Below, one piece after another: positions 41,615 through 54,502 of a stretch of DNA of 64,000 nt. Location: the NCBI GenBank assembly GCA_964016885.1, contig OZ024751.1, positions 18,042,001-18,106,000 on the forward strand. The letters run 5' to 3'. The notes under the pieces are model-generated. The model saw nothing but the letters and a program-made list of their open reading frames with translations, did no database searches and was not told where the DNA came from. Position numbers and translations under genes: made by a program. How positions within the stretch are numbered: position 1 is the stretch's first letter; every line of letters begins with the position of its first letter. This DNA is from Eledone cirrhosa (taxonomy: Eukaryota).

Positions 41615-43900
41615 ATATGTATATACATATATAAATATATACATATCGAATTGTGATTTTTTTATAATTCGGTATTTGTTTGTTATCTAGAGAAATTGAC
41701 AGAAAAATTAAGAATAATCGACCCCACCAATGGTATTATTATATCTTTCGGCATTAAAAGAATTAAAGCCTAATTCGTCTTCAGCTGGACTGGAAATTAG
41801 TGCGCAAAGTAGCGGAATGTCAGAGACGAAACATTAACTAACGTTCTAACGGCTCTGCGATTACAGTGAAGCAAAATAAATACAGTATGGTCTCTGCTGA
41901 AATTAATTTCCTTATGGGTATGTTGATTGCAAGCATGACATGGTCCCGTATCTCCCGGGGAAGGCATAGAGGGGTCGTATTGATATACAGCGTTTCCATG
42001 ACATTTTTTAAAACCTGGTAGTGTCTATCTCATCTTCAGGTCTGAATACAGTAGAGGTCTTCCAGGAAAGTATAGAGAGTGAGAGAATGGAAAAGAAAAA
42101 TAGATAAAGGATGAAACGCCTCCAGTACTTTACTTGTACTTTTTTATCAGCCTCGAATGGATAAAAGGAAAGTTGATAACAGCGGGATTTGAACTCAGAG
42201 AGCAGAGAGCCGAAGTAATACCGCAAAGGGTTGTATCCGATGTTCTAATATTCACCGTCTATATGCTGATTAAGGCTGATTTATAAATAAAAACAACGAC
42301 AGCAACAACGAACATCATTAAGGTGGGACCAGTGAAGAAAGCCTTTCCTTGGTTGCTGGTTTTTCTTCTAGAAATAGGAACCAAATCAGACTAAAATCAG
42401 ACTATATATCCTCGTTGTCCGATCTACTGAACAGCCTGCTCGTAAAATTAACGTGTAAGCGGATGAGAAACCAACAGACACGTGTGACCTTAAAGTAACT
42501 TGCAGGGAGATTCAACATGACAAAGTGTGTCACAAGGCCGACCATTTAATTATGGGTACAGATCATCGGATGGGATAAAAAGAACAATTTCTGCCTACCC
42601 AATTTCACACACGAGGCTTGTGTCAACCCGAAGCTACGGTTAATAAAAGTTGATGAAGAGCCCATGCAGTAGGATCGAACCGGAATCCACTGATTACAAA
42701 GAGGACTTCTTAACTATTCAGCAAAGCTGTGCCCACAGAAATCACAATATTCAGTCTTAAATGGAAGACATATAGGATAATGTATTTTGATTCTCTACAA
42801 ATAGGATTTTACTCCGGGAAATGTGAATATAATTGTGGAGTTTTAAGTGAACATTTTTGGATGTTTTGGATTCTATTTTTTCCTATATATTTTTAATGGA
42901 ATTATATGTTTACTTAAATAAACTATAGCGGTCTGTGTGGATAATGTATGGAAATACAACAACATATTTTCAGTCGTGAACTACCTCAGGCGTTTCGTTT
43001 TGTTTCTTGCCTGAACACATTACAAGCTACATTACATTAATTCACTAGCCAATGCAGGTATATAAGTGTATGTATGTATATATATGAGTTTTTGTGTGTG
43101 TATATGTATAAATTTATTTATATATATATAATGTAAATACACTCACACGTTTATATATATGTGTAATATGTGTATATATAATATATGCGTGTACGTATCA
43201 ATGATTGCTCATGTGTAAGTGTAGGTTTTTGTATGTACGAAACAATGGAGGGAGAGAGAGAATGAGAGAAAGAGTATATCACCCTTTATCTCTCAAATTT
43301 TAAAATACGGAGAATTTACATTAAAATTAGATGAAAATGTGACGTTATAGGAGGAGGAGGAGAAGAAAAAGGAGCAGAAGAAGAAAAAGGCGACGGAAAA
43401 GGAAAAGAAGCAGTCAATAATGACGGAGAAAAGGACGAAGACGAAAATTTTAGCAAAGTCACCCAAGTTCACTGAAAAGCAACTGTCAAAATTATTATTT
43501 CTCCAAATGTTATAAGTTTTATGGGAGTGGACAGTAAGAAGTTATCGATAGTAATTTTAACGTTCTTTGGCTTTTGTCGTAGTTTTTGATGTTGGACACG
43601 TTCGTAGTGTGCCAAGCTATATGACAACAGATCTCATTTCAATGAAAGAATAAACCTCTTTCTCCATCTAACAAGGTTCACTCCCTTACTGACAGGTTAA
43701 TTCATTGCCAAAGGACAAGACTTTAGGCTTGATGTTCTTGTCGTGTCTCATCTTCTCTTGACTATGTGTGTAGTCGAAGTCGTGAGTATATGTGCGCACG
43801 TATGTGTATGTGAGCCTGTTTCTATATATACACACACCTCTCGCTGTCTATACACATGGATATATATATATATATGTGTGTGTGTGTGTACAGATATATA

Positions 43901-44084
43901 CAGGGTGTCCCACAAGAATCTATACACACTTTGATTACCTGTACAGGCAATATTTATTTTCCACAAAATATAATTATCTACAGACATAATTCAATTGTAT
44001 GTAAACAGCAAACATGTTTACATAATTTAATAAGGCATTTTTTTTTTTTCTGTTGAAGTGTGTATACATTGTTTGGGGGACACC

Positions 44085-44087
<3 letters not shown>
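43901..44087. mobile_element. Tc1/mariner-type MITE
   Basis: TIRs CAGGGTGTCCC..TATACACACTT / AAGTGTGTATAC..GGGACACCCTG in a TA context; relatives at 18934, 44447, 49760 and 63175. Confidence 0.8.
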
Positions 44088-44129
<42 letters not shown>

Positions 44130-44352
44130 TTTTCCAAGAGATGTCAACTCGAATGGACCTGTTATTTTTATCGAAAGACATTTTTTTCCAACTCCACGCC
44201 GCCCGTCCTTTCAATCTATCTTATTTCTCATTCTTTCTTCTGATGAAGGACTAGCGTCCGAAATGTTAAGACCTTCTTCCTGCTATTTCAAGTGTTAACC
44301 TAATATATTCCTTCCAGATACTGTACCGATTGTGTTGTTATTTCTGTTTACC

Positions 44353-44357
<5 letters not shown>
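44130..44357 (+). mobile_element. Family H element with a minimal hammerhead (44236-44271)
   Basis: TCTT-CTGATGA-a-GGAC-tagc-GTCC-GAAATGTT^AAGA; truncated sibling at 48102-48218. Confidence 0.75.
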
Positions 44358-44396
<39 letters not shown>

Positions 44397-45246
44397 ATGT
44401 ATATATATATATATATAATATAGATGGATAGATAGATAGATATATACAGGGTGTGTCCCCCCACAAAAAAAAATGTATACACACTTCAACTTGAAAAACA
44501 TTTCCACTGGACTTTGTTACCTATTTACGTGTCCATGCATACATACATTCTTTGCACACGTAAACAGGTAACACAGTCCAGTGGAAATTGATAGTAATTT
44601 TGTTTACATACTCTAATTTGCCAATGTGTACATTAATACTATTACTTATTTTTTCGCTTTATGCTCTCAAGACGAGGCCAGGAACTACATCTCCGTTCGC
44701 AAAATGGATGAAAAAGAGATTATTTTCTGAATTAAACAACCGATTTGGCTGTTTAAGTAACGGCTTATCTCAGACCTTTTCTCTCGTTATCTCACTTTAT
44801 TCTCTTGCTTCTTATTTTCGTTAGGAAGATGTGTCTTTCAATTGGGTATGGCTGCGACGATAGAAGGAAAAGAAAGCTGGCATTGATTCAAATGTTGTTG
44901 ATATTTGGCCAGAAATATCTGAGTTAATATAGACTTATATGACATGGACATATTTGTATGTGATAAAAGTAATAACACTTATGTGACAATTTCAATCCAT
45001 TTATTAGCTCTGTTTATCACATCGACATCTCACATGGTTGTAGCTGTGGTTGGCTTGATGGAGAACCGGTCCACAACCAGAGAGACTGATGGTTCGTATT
45101 TTATCTTAACTCAATCGTTGTATTATTTCTGTAGTCAAACTACATAAATTTAAACAACCCAACTGAAATAGTTCTAAATAGGTTCTTCTGTTTTGCATAG
45201 ACTTCAAGAAGTTCTACATTATTAACATTAAGTTAACAATGGGCGC

Positions 45247-46025
45247 TGGAGGATCGGACGCATGCTTTGCAGCATAGAGTTATGCCCCTTTAAGGTGGGA
45301 GTTCAAATGCCGCCGAGGTTAACTTTGCCTTTAATCCTTACGGGACCGATAAAATAAAGTACCAGTAATGTACTGGGATAATTGCTGGCCTTGTGCCAAA
45401 AGTAGAAATAATTATTATCTATATGGCGGGGAATTGGCAGAATCGGTGGAGGGTCGGACACCATACTTTCCAGCATAGTTACGTCCCTTTACGGTCTGAG
45501 TTCAAATCCCGTCGAGGTTAGCTTTGCCTTTCATCCTTACGGGGTCGATAAAATAAAGTACCACTAATGTACTGAGATAATTGCTGGTCTTGTGCCAAAA
45601 GTAGAAATAATTATTAATGAAGTGGGAAATAGAATGAAAAGACATATATAAAAACAGAATGTGGGTGTATAATTAACTAATTTAAATAACTATCATGTTG
45701 TTTTATATAATTGTTTCTTCTTTTGACACAAGGCAAGCAATTATCCCAGTGAATTACTGGTGCTTTATTTTATCGATCCCGTAAGGAGAAAGGCAAAGTT
45801 AACCACAACGGGATTTAAACTCAGTCCGTAAAGGGGCGTAACTATGCTGCAAAGCATGGCGTCAGACCTACAGATGACTGCCAATCCCCCACCCTTTGTG
45901 TTATATAATTGTTTCTAATTTAGGTGCAACGTTCACAATTTTAGGGGAGGGAAATCGATTAAATCGACACAAGTGTATTACTGGTACATATCTACACCGA
46001 AATGATAAAAGTCAAAGTTGACCCC
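45247..46025. mobile_element. Family-1 SINE cluster: two plus-strand copies (45247-45615) and two minus-strand copies (45708-46025)
   Basis: Match to the consensus seen in other copies. Confidence 0.88.
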
Positions 46026-46036
46026 AGAATCTAAAG

Positions 46037-46314
46037 CGGTCATTGGCAACCTGTGTCCCGCGAAGCTGTCTGAATGGCTCGCCTAAGTCACCTAAGTAAA
46101 ATCTTTCTGATTTTTTACCCTAACTTCTCAATCGTAATTTATCTTCCTATCATTTTTACCATGAAGGAAAACAACGTATAAGAATTCTGAAGAAACGAAT
46201 CAAAACAACCCGAGTCACCGCCCTTTTTTTTAAATTTGGGCACGAATGTAGGCCCGCCTGATGATGAACCATATCGCATGCGGCCCGCTTCTCGAAAAGG
46301 GTTGCCCATGCCTG
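46037..46314. mobile_element. hAT (Charlie-like) MITE
   Basis: TIRs CGGTCATTGGCAACC / GGTTGCCCATGCCTG, subterminal GCGGCCCGC, near-perfect 8-bp TSD ATCTAAAG / ATATAAAG. Confidence 0.75.
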
Positions 46315-46469
46315 ATATAAAGGTTCGTAACTAAACGCTGTAAAGCTTTTTGTCCGCCGCTCTTATGATGCTGGTAATCAATCTAGATGTATATAACTGC
46401 CCCAGTGTTATATACAAAAATATTGAACAGAGAGATCTAGAAAAAGGCATTGAGTTAAACACAGATTGA

Positions 46470-46508
<39 letters not shown>

Positions 46509-46510
<2 letters not shown>

Positions 46511-46653
46511 ACAGAGGTCCGACGAGCCATTGATTATCTGTATTGATCTAGTCGGGCTAGATCGATACAGATCGAACCTTGAGCTGATTAATAGCGAAAC
46601 GCGCGTCACTAACCCACAAACGTAATGAAGGAGTAACCATTCGTCCTTATTTC

Positions 46654-46656
<3 letters not shown>
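46509..46656 (+). mobile_element. Family I element with a long-stem-II hammerhead (46516-46610; core mutated to CCGACGA)
   Basis: GGT-CCGACGA-GC..GC-GAAACGCGCGTC^ACT; (TA)n on both sides; siblings at 49843-49985 (-) and about 51075-51192 (+). Confidence 0.75.
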
Positions 46657-46693
<37 letters not shown>

Positions 46694-46979
46694 GAGAGAG
46701 AGAGAGAGATTATATGAACCGAAGACAGAATGAAAGAATGGAAGTGAAAATCATAACGAAATTATTACGATTTGCGATTAGCAGAAGCAAAAAGACTTCA
46801 ACCAGAAACCGATTTCAACATTGTTGCCAACAATTGTGAACTGTGGTTTGGACGTAGCCCAAGATATTTTTACAACCCTCTTCCTCTCCATTCACCTCTT
46901 ACTACTTCTCCGAGCTTAGCCTCTTCGACAAATCATATGACACTCAATTGACCTTCACCACCTCCAGCATATAGCATAG

Positions 46980-47210
46980 GCAAACACACAGATAGACACA
47001 CACATATACTCTCTCTCTCTCTCACATACACACAGATAGACACACACATACACTCTCTCTCTCTCTCACATACACACAGATAGACACACACATACACTCT
47101 CTCTCTCACAAACACACAGATAGACACACACATACACTCTCTCTCTCTCACATACACACAGATAGACACACACATTCTCTCTCTCTCTCTCTCTCTCACA
47201 TACACACACT
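46980..47210. repeat. About 38-40 bp minisatellite ACACACAGATAGACACACACATACACT(CT)n
   Basis: Visible directly, about five units. Confidence 0.9.
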
Positions 47211-47605
47211 CTACGAAACAGACAAACATTCACATAAACACAATAATTCTCAGTAACATGCACACAAACGCACACATACATACGCACGCACACACAAGGA
47301 CACACATGCGTAGAAATATTTCCACGCATACAAATACATACATGCTCACATTTACAGAAACGTACACATCGCACCGATATCCGTACGAAAGTGCAACGTA
47401 AAATCGAGGAGAGACAATTTCCTTGAGTGTAATTTCGTGTCGCCCATCACTGCAATTTGTCAGGTGATGCACGCTAGTGCCTCATTTGAAGGTGAGATGG
47501 TTTGGTGGCAGTGGTAATGGTGCAGGAATTTTAAGAGGCGTGGAGGCGTAGATGTGGTTATGTTTAAGACTGTGGCATTACATATTAATATTGTTGACAG
47601 GGGCA

Positions 47606-47636
<31 letters not shown>

Positions 47637-47640
<4 letters not shown>

Positions 47641-47696
47641 GAGAGACAAACACAGATATATATATATATATATATATATATCTGTGTTTGTCTCTC

Positions 47697-47735
<39 letters not shown>

Positions 47736-47822
47736 TAAAGAGAGACAAACACAGATATATACATATATGCGTCCAAATCACAAGGGACGTAAATGTATAT
47801 ATCTGCGTTTGTCTCTCTCTTA
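47637..47822. repeat. Alternating inverted repeats of GAGAGACAAACACAGA separated by (TA)n
   Basis: Perfect pair at 47637-47657 / 47680-47702; second pair about 47740-47758 / 47800-47820. Confidence 0.8.
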
Positions 47823-48061
47823 CGCCCCTTTACAGTCTGAGTTCAAATTCCGTCGAGGTTAATTTTGCCTTTTATTCTTACGGGGTCGATAAAATAAAGT
47901 ACCAGTAATGCACTAGGGTCCATTTAATCGAACCTCCCTCCCCCTTAAAAAATTACTGGCTTTGTGCCTAAAGTAGAAACAATTATATTCTAAGGCTCGG
48001 AATTTTTTTTTCTATGAGCTATTTTAATTATATTGTGAGTTTTTAACTCAATATATACTTT

Positions 48062-48100
<39 letters not shown>

Positions 48101-48387
48101 TATGAAGGACTAGCGTCTGAAACATTAAGACCCCTTCCTGCTATTTCAAGCGTTAACCTAATATATCCCTTCCATATACTGTACCGATTGTGTTGTTACT
48201 TCTGTTTACCTTTTACATATATATATAAATGAATCACACGCAACAACGCAGCAAGCCATTTTTTCATATATGTATATATATATACATATATGTGTTTGAA
48301 CAATAAAAACAGAAGTCAGACATAGGTAGAGCATTAGTTCATTGTTTTACAATCGTTTCAGAGGGTCGATTGATCGATGGTGATCGA

Positions 48388-48473
48388 TGTATTGACTAGC
48401 ATGGTAGTGGCTATGTCACTACCTATTTCTAGTTTCGAAAAACCTGTTCAATCGGCCGTCTTCCTCAGAAACA
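48388..48473 (-). ncRNA. Hammerhead-like motif with extended stem III
   Basis: Minus strand: TGTTT-CTGAGGA-AGAC..GTTT-ttc-GAAA-CTAG-[GGTAGTG..CACTACC hairpin]-CTAG-TC^AATACA. Confidence 0.5.
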
Positions 48474-49807
48474 GTGATTGAACAGGGTTCAATCACTTAA
48501 TCAATCATTGAACAGGGTTCAATCACTTGTTAAAACACGTATATATAAATAACTTTTTAATCCGGACGGATCTTTGAGGATACTGTAGGCGGTGATCACA
48601 AAAAATACCGGTCTCAATGCTGAATCACACTGCAAGCATTTTTCCAGGGGCACATTGAGTTCTAACAACGTTATTAGTTCCACCGCAACCTGGTGGACTA
48701 CGGTATATATGTATTTCAAAAAGATAACAAAGAAAGCACAAGACAAATAACGGAAAGAAGGCAAAACGAAAGACAATTTTTTAAGGGAAAACCTTGAAAA
48801 TATGTATTTATATATATATATATATACAAGTGGAAGCTTAGTAAAATCGAAGCTTTGGCTGTGACCAAGCAAAACGACCTACAATTAGGAATGAGTAGCA
48901 AAGCACTCGATAATGTCAGGCCTTAGAGTAATAGCATACGTTTAGACAGCTTGACATATTGAAAATTCTGGCAGGCAGACCTAGCCACACAATACCAAAC
49001 ACAACGAAGAAACTAATAAGGTTAAACAACTGACCTGGACATATCGAACGATTTTTTGCAATACATTCGATAGGTTTCTATGAAATCCGAAATCATCCAT
49101 CCAGCTTACGTAATATGCAAGCCTGTGGTATTCCATGATCGAACAGAGGATTCACATCGTCAAAAGGAAATTTCGTTCTATGTTTCAAGCCGGTGTGGAC
49201 TGGAACACTGAACTGCTATCGTCTGTAGCCCCAGGTGTTTCACTGTCACGTGTTGTTTCCAACAAGGGAAGTAACCCCCGGTTTTTGCGTGGGTAAATTC
49301 AAAGTGCAAACAAAGGAATTCAATTCCGTTCCACATTCCGAATGAAAAGCTCTCGACTAGAAGTTATTAGACAAACATTATTAGTAACGGTAGAGGGTCG
49401 GACACCATGCTTTGACATATAGAGTTACGGCCCTTGTGCCAAAAGTAGAAACAATTATTAGTAAAGATTAAAAGTTTAAGAAAAGACTTTCTGCCCTCAC
49501 CGTAAGCGGGATCATCTCTCACGTTGCTGAATACTGGTCGTATCTTGGTCGCTTATGTCAATCAAAATACAATCTACGACATGGAATGGATTTACCTTTC
49601 TTGTCATGTTGTATTTTCCTCGACACCGGCGATATAGTTAGAAACAGCTACGTCCCTTGTTTTAGCAAAATCATAAGCGAAGGAAAAGTAACCCGCGTTA
49701 ATATGAATTTTTCAACGTGGCATATAGCAATATTTGGATAAATCGACAGTCGATCGACTTTTGATTACCTGTACAGGCAATATCTATTAGAATGCTGTTG
49801 AAGTGTG

Positions 49808-49840
<33 letters not shown>

Positions 49841-50006
49841 GGTGGTTACTCCTTCATTACGTTTATTGGTTGGTGACGCGTGTTTCGCCAACGATCAGCT
49901 CAAGGTTCGATCTGTATCGATCCAAACCGACTCTGTGATCCGCTGCTTGTCAGACCCTCTTAGTGGTAATGAAAAAATAATTATACATGTCGTACGATAT
50001 ATATAT

Positions 50007-50067
<61 letters not shown>

Positions 50068-50241
50068 CATATAACATTACGTTCATCTTCAAAGCTTTAT
50101 TATGCATACATTCATACATATATATATATTTACAGTTGTTTTTTGAAAATAAATCTTTTACGAAGGGCTGAAGGGTTAAAGTTAGTACAAAATGTGGTGT
50201 GCTCGTGCACACAGATGCTATAATATATATATATATATATA

Positions 50242-50420
50242 TGGCAGTATCGGTAGAGGGTCGGACGCCATGCTTTCCAGCATAGTTACGTCCCTTTACG
50301 ATCTGAGTTCAAATCCCGCCGAGGTTAACTTTGCCTTTCATCCTTACGGGGTCGATAAAATAAAGTACCAGTAATGCACTGGGTAATTGCTGGCCTTGTT
50401 CTTAAAGTAGAAACAATTAT
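50242..50420 (+). mobile_element. Family-1 SINE
   Basis: Near-consensus copy. Confidence 0.9.
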
Positions 50421-50448
50421 ATATTATAAATATATGTATGTATATATA

Positions 50449-50788
<340 letters not shown>

Positions 50789-50958
50789 ACACAGTTCAAG
50801 AATAACCAATCTTAAAGAGAGAGATGGAGATAGTAGAGGAGATATGAGAGGAGAGATTGGTGAGTTAGTCAGAAGCCAACGCGTAAAGGCATTAATAATG
50901 TCTTCCTTGTGAAGTTTGTCGTCTTGTTTTCCTTAACTAATGAATATATATATATATG

Positions 50959-50995
<37 letters not shown>

Positions 50996-51099
50996 AGGGA
51001 GTGTAACGTGGAGTTACTGTAGGTTCACCCGGGTGAGCGCTCGATGTTTAGGTTCACTTCAGTGTCGAGGTGTATTATTTTTTCATTACCATTTTAAAG

Positions 51100-51184
51100 G
51101 GTCTGACGAGCCGTGGATTACAGAGTCGGGCGAAATCGATACAGATCGAACCTTAAGCTGATCAGTGGCGAAACGCGCGTCACC
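51100..51184 (+). ncRNA. Type I hammerhead with an approximately 60-nt stem II domain (family I)
   Basis: GGT-CTGACGA-GCC..GGC-GAAACGCGCGTC^ACC; palindromic stem III ACGCGCGT. Confidence 0.75.
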
Positions 51185-51531
51185 AACCAATAATATATTT
51201 ATTAAAATAACAGATTAAAGTTTAAGCAAAGAATCGCTGCTGCTTTCACCCTTAACGGGATCTTCTCAAGATCACGTTAACTATAACCTCTACATATATA
51301 TATATAGATAATAACTAGAAATTGATTAACATATATATAAAAATATATAAACATGAATAATCACAGGAGATATTTTTACAAGTGTTAATCAATTTCTAGT
51401 TATTATAAAATGCTCGGACCTACTCGATAGAATCTTGGAGCTTATTTTCCGGGTGATATGGCGCATGACTTTCTGGCATGACACCCATAATTTTGATTTG
51501 GATTAAATTCATTTAATTTATCTTAATTTTG

Positions 51532-51562
<31 letters not shown>

Positions 51563-51566
<4 letters not shown>

Positions 51567-51988
51567 AGATCAAAAGATGGTTAAAGGAGTTCCATGTATT
51601 TTATTATGCGCATTTCAAAAACAAACATCAACATGCAATAATATTTGTGTTTTCATCAGATAAAACAGGAGGACATGATATGAAGGCTAAAAAACACTTG
51701 TGGATAGTGCAGTTTTAAATCAACATATCAACATATGATGATTTAAAACTGCACTATCCACAAGTGTTTTTTAGCCTTCATATCATGTTCTCCTGTTTTA
51801 TCTGATGAAAACACAAATATTATTGCATGATGATGTTTGTTTTTGAAATGCGCATAATAAAATACATGGAACTCCTTTAACCATCTTTTGATCTTATATT
51901 ATGTATACTCCAGTCCTACAAACTGTAGAGTGCTTCTTATCCGATATCTGCATTGCTTTATTGTACTACAATAAAACTCACCTCCTAC

Positions 51989-51991
<3 letters not shown>
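51563..51991 (+). mobile_element. 160-bp-arm fold-back element carrying a complete hammerhead on each strand
   Basis: Near-perfect arms 51563-51722 and 51739-51898; tail with ACTC..GAGT hairpin; (TA)n on both sides. Confidence 0.9.
51794..51864 (+). ncRNA. Minimal type I hammerhead ribozyme (mirror copy on minus strand at 51597-51667)
   Basis: TGTTTTAT-CTGATGA-long stem II (ACAAATATTAT/ATGATGTTTGT)-GAAA-palindromic ATGCGCAT-A^ATAAAATA. Confidence 0.9.
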
Positions 51992-52034
<43 letters not shown>

Positions 52035-52082
52035 TATAGATAGGTAAATATACACGGGTGTGTATGATTGTGTATAGAAGAT

Positions 52083-52468
52083 TATATTAATAAGAGGAAT
52101 TCCAACTTTGTCTGATTTACTCGTTTTATTTACAATCCTTTAAAATATATATAATGGTATTATAATGAAATAGTATGATAGAATATTAAATTCTAAGTGT
52201 TAATTGAACAAGTACTTTCATGCTTTCGCAATCTTCAGGTTCATGATATGTGGTGACAGTCGAGTTTGCAATTTTCACAGTTGAAAATTGCAAACTCGAC
52301 TGTCACCACATATCATGAACCTGAAGATTGCGAAAGCATGAAAGTACTTGTTCAATTAACACTTAGAATTTAATATTCTATCATACTATTTCATTATAAT
52401 ACCATTATATATATTTTAAAGGATTGTAAATAAAACGAGTAAATCAGACAAAGTTGGAATTCCTCTTA

Positions 52469-52476
<8 letters not shown>
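52083..52476. repeat. Apparently perfect 195-bp-arm palindrome with a 4-nt loop and a hammerhead in each arm
   Basis: Centre ATTTTCA-cagt-TGAAAAT. Plus 52316-52354: TGAAC-CTGAAGA-t-TGC-gaaa-GCA-t-GAAAGTACTT^GTTCA. Mirror copy at 52205-52243. Confidence 0.9.
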
Positions 52477-52508
<32 letters not shown>

Positions 52509-52587
52509 TATCCTGATATCTTCCAAAAGTAACGGTCGCATTTTGAAAGGGTACGTCAATGTTTATTTATAAAACTGGTATATATTG

Positions 52588-52652
52588 TATTTTGTCTGAT
52601 GAAGGCATACCATAATTTAACTTGGTATCCTTGAAATATGTATAATGAAATA
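52588..52652 (+). ncRNA. Minimal type I hammerhead ribozyme (family E-like)
   Basis: TATTTTGT-CTGATGA-AGG.ATACCA..TGGTATCCT-t-GAAA-TATGTA-TA^ATGAAATA. Confidence 0.85.
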
Positions 52653-53017
52653 AATATGGTTTTATAAATATAGTTTCCATTTGTTAATATCGTATATATA
52701 TTTATATATTTAATGTGTGTACGTAAATGCATACATACATGCACTTACATATGTCTAGGTAACACAATAGCTATATATCTGTACGACCTTTTTTCTCCTT
52801 TATCAATGACCTACCTTCTCCACCCCACCTCTCTAAGACCAAACTGTCTCCTTATCTCTCCACACAAAACATACACACACACAACATCCCGCACATACCA
52901 ACTCATCTTCCATTAACGGTCCACTCGCTGACTCGTCCATTCTCTCTAGCTCCCCCACACTCGAGCTCACTCTCTTTCTAACTTATTCGGTCTGTACTTT
53001 CCTCCCTTTCTAACTTA

Positions 53018-53041
53018 ATCTCTCTCTCTCTCTCAATCTCT

Positions 53042-53096
<55 letters not shown>

Positions 53097-53287
53097 TCTC
53101 TTCCCCCTTTCTCTTTCTCTCTCTTACTCTCACTCTCTTCTCCCCCCCTCTCTCTCTTACTCTCACTATATTTCCTTCTTTCTCTCTCTCACTCACTCTC
53201 TCCTCCTTCCCTCGCTGTCTCTCTCTCTCTCTCTCTCTCTATTTCTCTCACTATCTTCCCCTTCTCTCTCTCTTTCTCCATCTCTTA

Positions 53288-53330
<43 letters not shown>

Positions 53331-53360
53331 TCTTCGCCCCTGCTCCCTCTCTCTCCTCGT
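53018..53360. repeat. (CT)n polypyrimidine tract
   Basis: Visible directly. Confidence 0.9.
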
Positions 53361-53887
53361 CACAGTGTCTCCCAAAACCATTTCTACCTATGTTCTCAAT
53401 TTTAGCCGTCGAGATTCCATTAGGGAATTTGTCCTCCTGGAACTTAGAGGAGAGTCTTTTAGGCTGCCATCTTCCTGGGAACGGTTACCTTTTATGCATT
53501 AACAATGCCACCATTTTAAGTCTTTCTCTACAGATTTTCGCCATTTCTCCTTCATTCCTCTTTCGTTTCTTTCTTTTCTTTCTTCTCCTTATTTGGTGCT
53601 TTTCTTTCTCCTTTCTTTTCACTTTTCTTTCTTTTATTCTTTCAAATATCCATCGATATTTCTTCCTTACTTTTGTTTAATTCTCCTTACATCCTATCTG
53701 TCCTTTTCTATCTATCTATCTATTTATATATTTATCTCTCTACGTATCTATTTATCTATATGCGCGTGTGTCTGTATATATATATATATGTGTGTGTATG
53801 TATATATGTGTATATATATACATATATATGTGTGTGTGTGTATGTATATATATATACATATTTCTGCGTATGTATATATGTGTGTGG

Positions 53888-53982
<95 letters not shown>

Positions 53983-54161
53983 ACATATACGTATATATAT
54001 ATTGAATTATTATTTATTTATTTTCGATCATTGTATTTTCTTTTTTATTTTTCCCTGTTTCCCTTTTTGTTGCTAGAATTGGTTCGATCTCATTTCTGCT
54101 AACAATCAATCTCATACAGACCCATCTACTTATAGATGGGTATCAATGAAACAATCAATAA

Positions 54162-54502
54162 TAATTGTTTCTACTTTAGGCACAAGGCCAGCAATTAACC
54201 AGTACATTACTGGTACTTTATTTTAACGATCCCCTTAGAATGAAAGGCAAAGTCAACCTCGGCGGGATTTGAACTCAGAACGTAAAGGGTCATAACTCGA
54301 TGCTGTAAGGCATGGTGTCTGCCGCTCTACCGATACTGGTAAATGATTTCTAAATAATTAAAATAACTATAGTACTAATAATAATTGTTTCTACTTTAGG
54401 CACAAGGCCAGCAACTAGCCCAGTGTATTACTGGTACTTTATTTTATAGAACCCCGTATGGATGAAAGGCAAAGCTAACCTCGGTGGGATTTGAAATCAG
54501 AA
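54162..54502 (-). mobile_element. Two family-1 SINE copies
   Basis: Match to the consensus seen in other copies. Confidence 0.88.

Noticed and set aside
45425-45520. tRNA gene (A and B boxes)
   Set aside because: The boxes are the head of the multi-copy SINE and continue into its body; no clean cloverleaf or T-run terminator.
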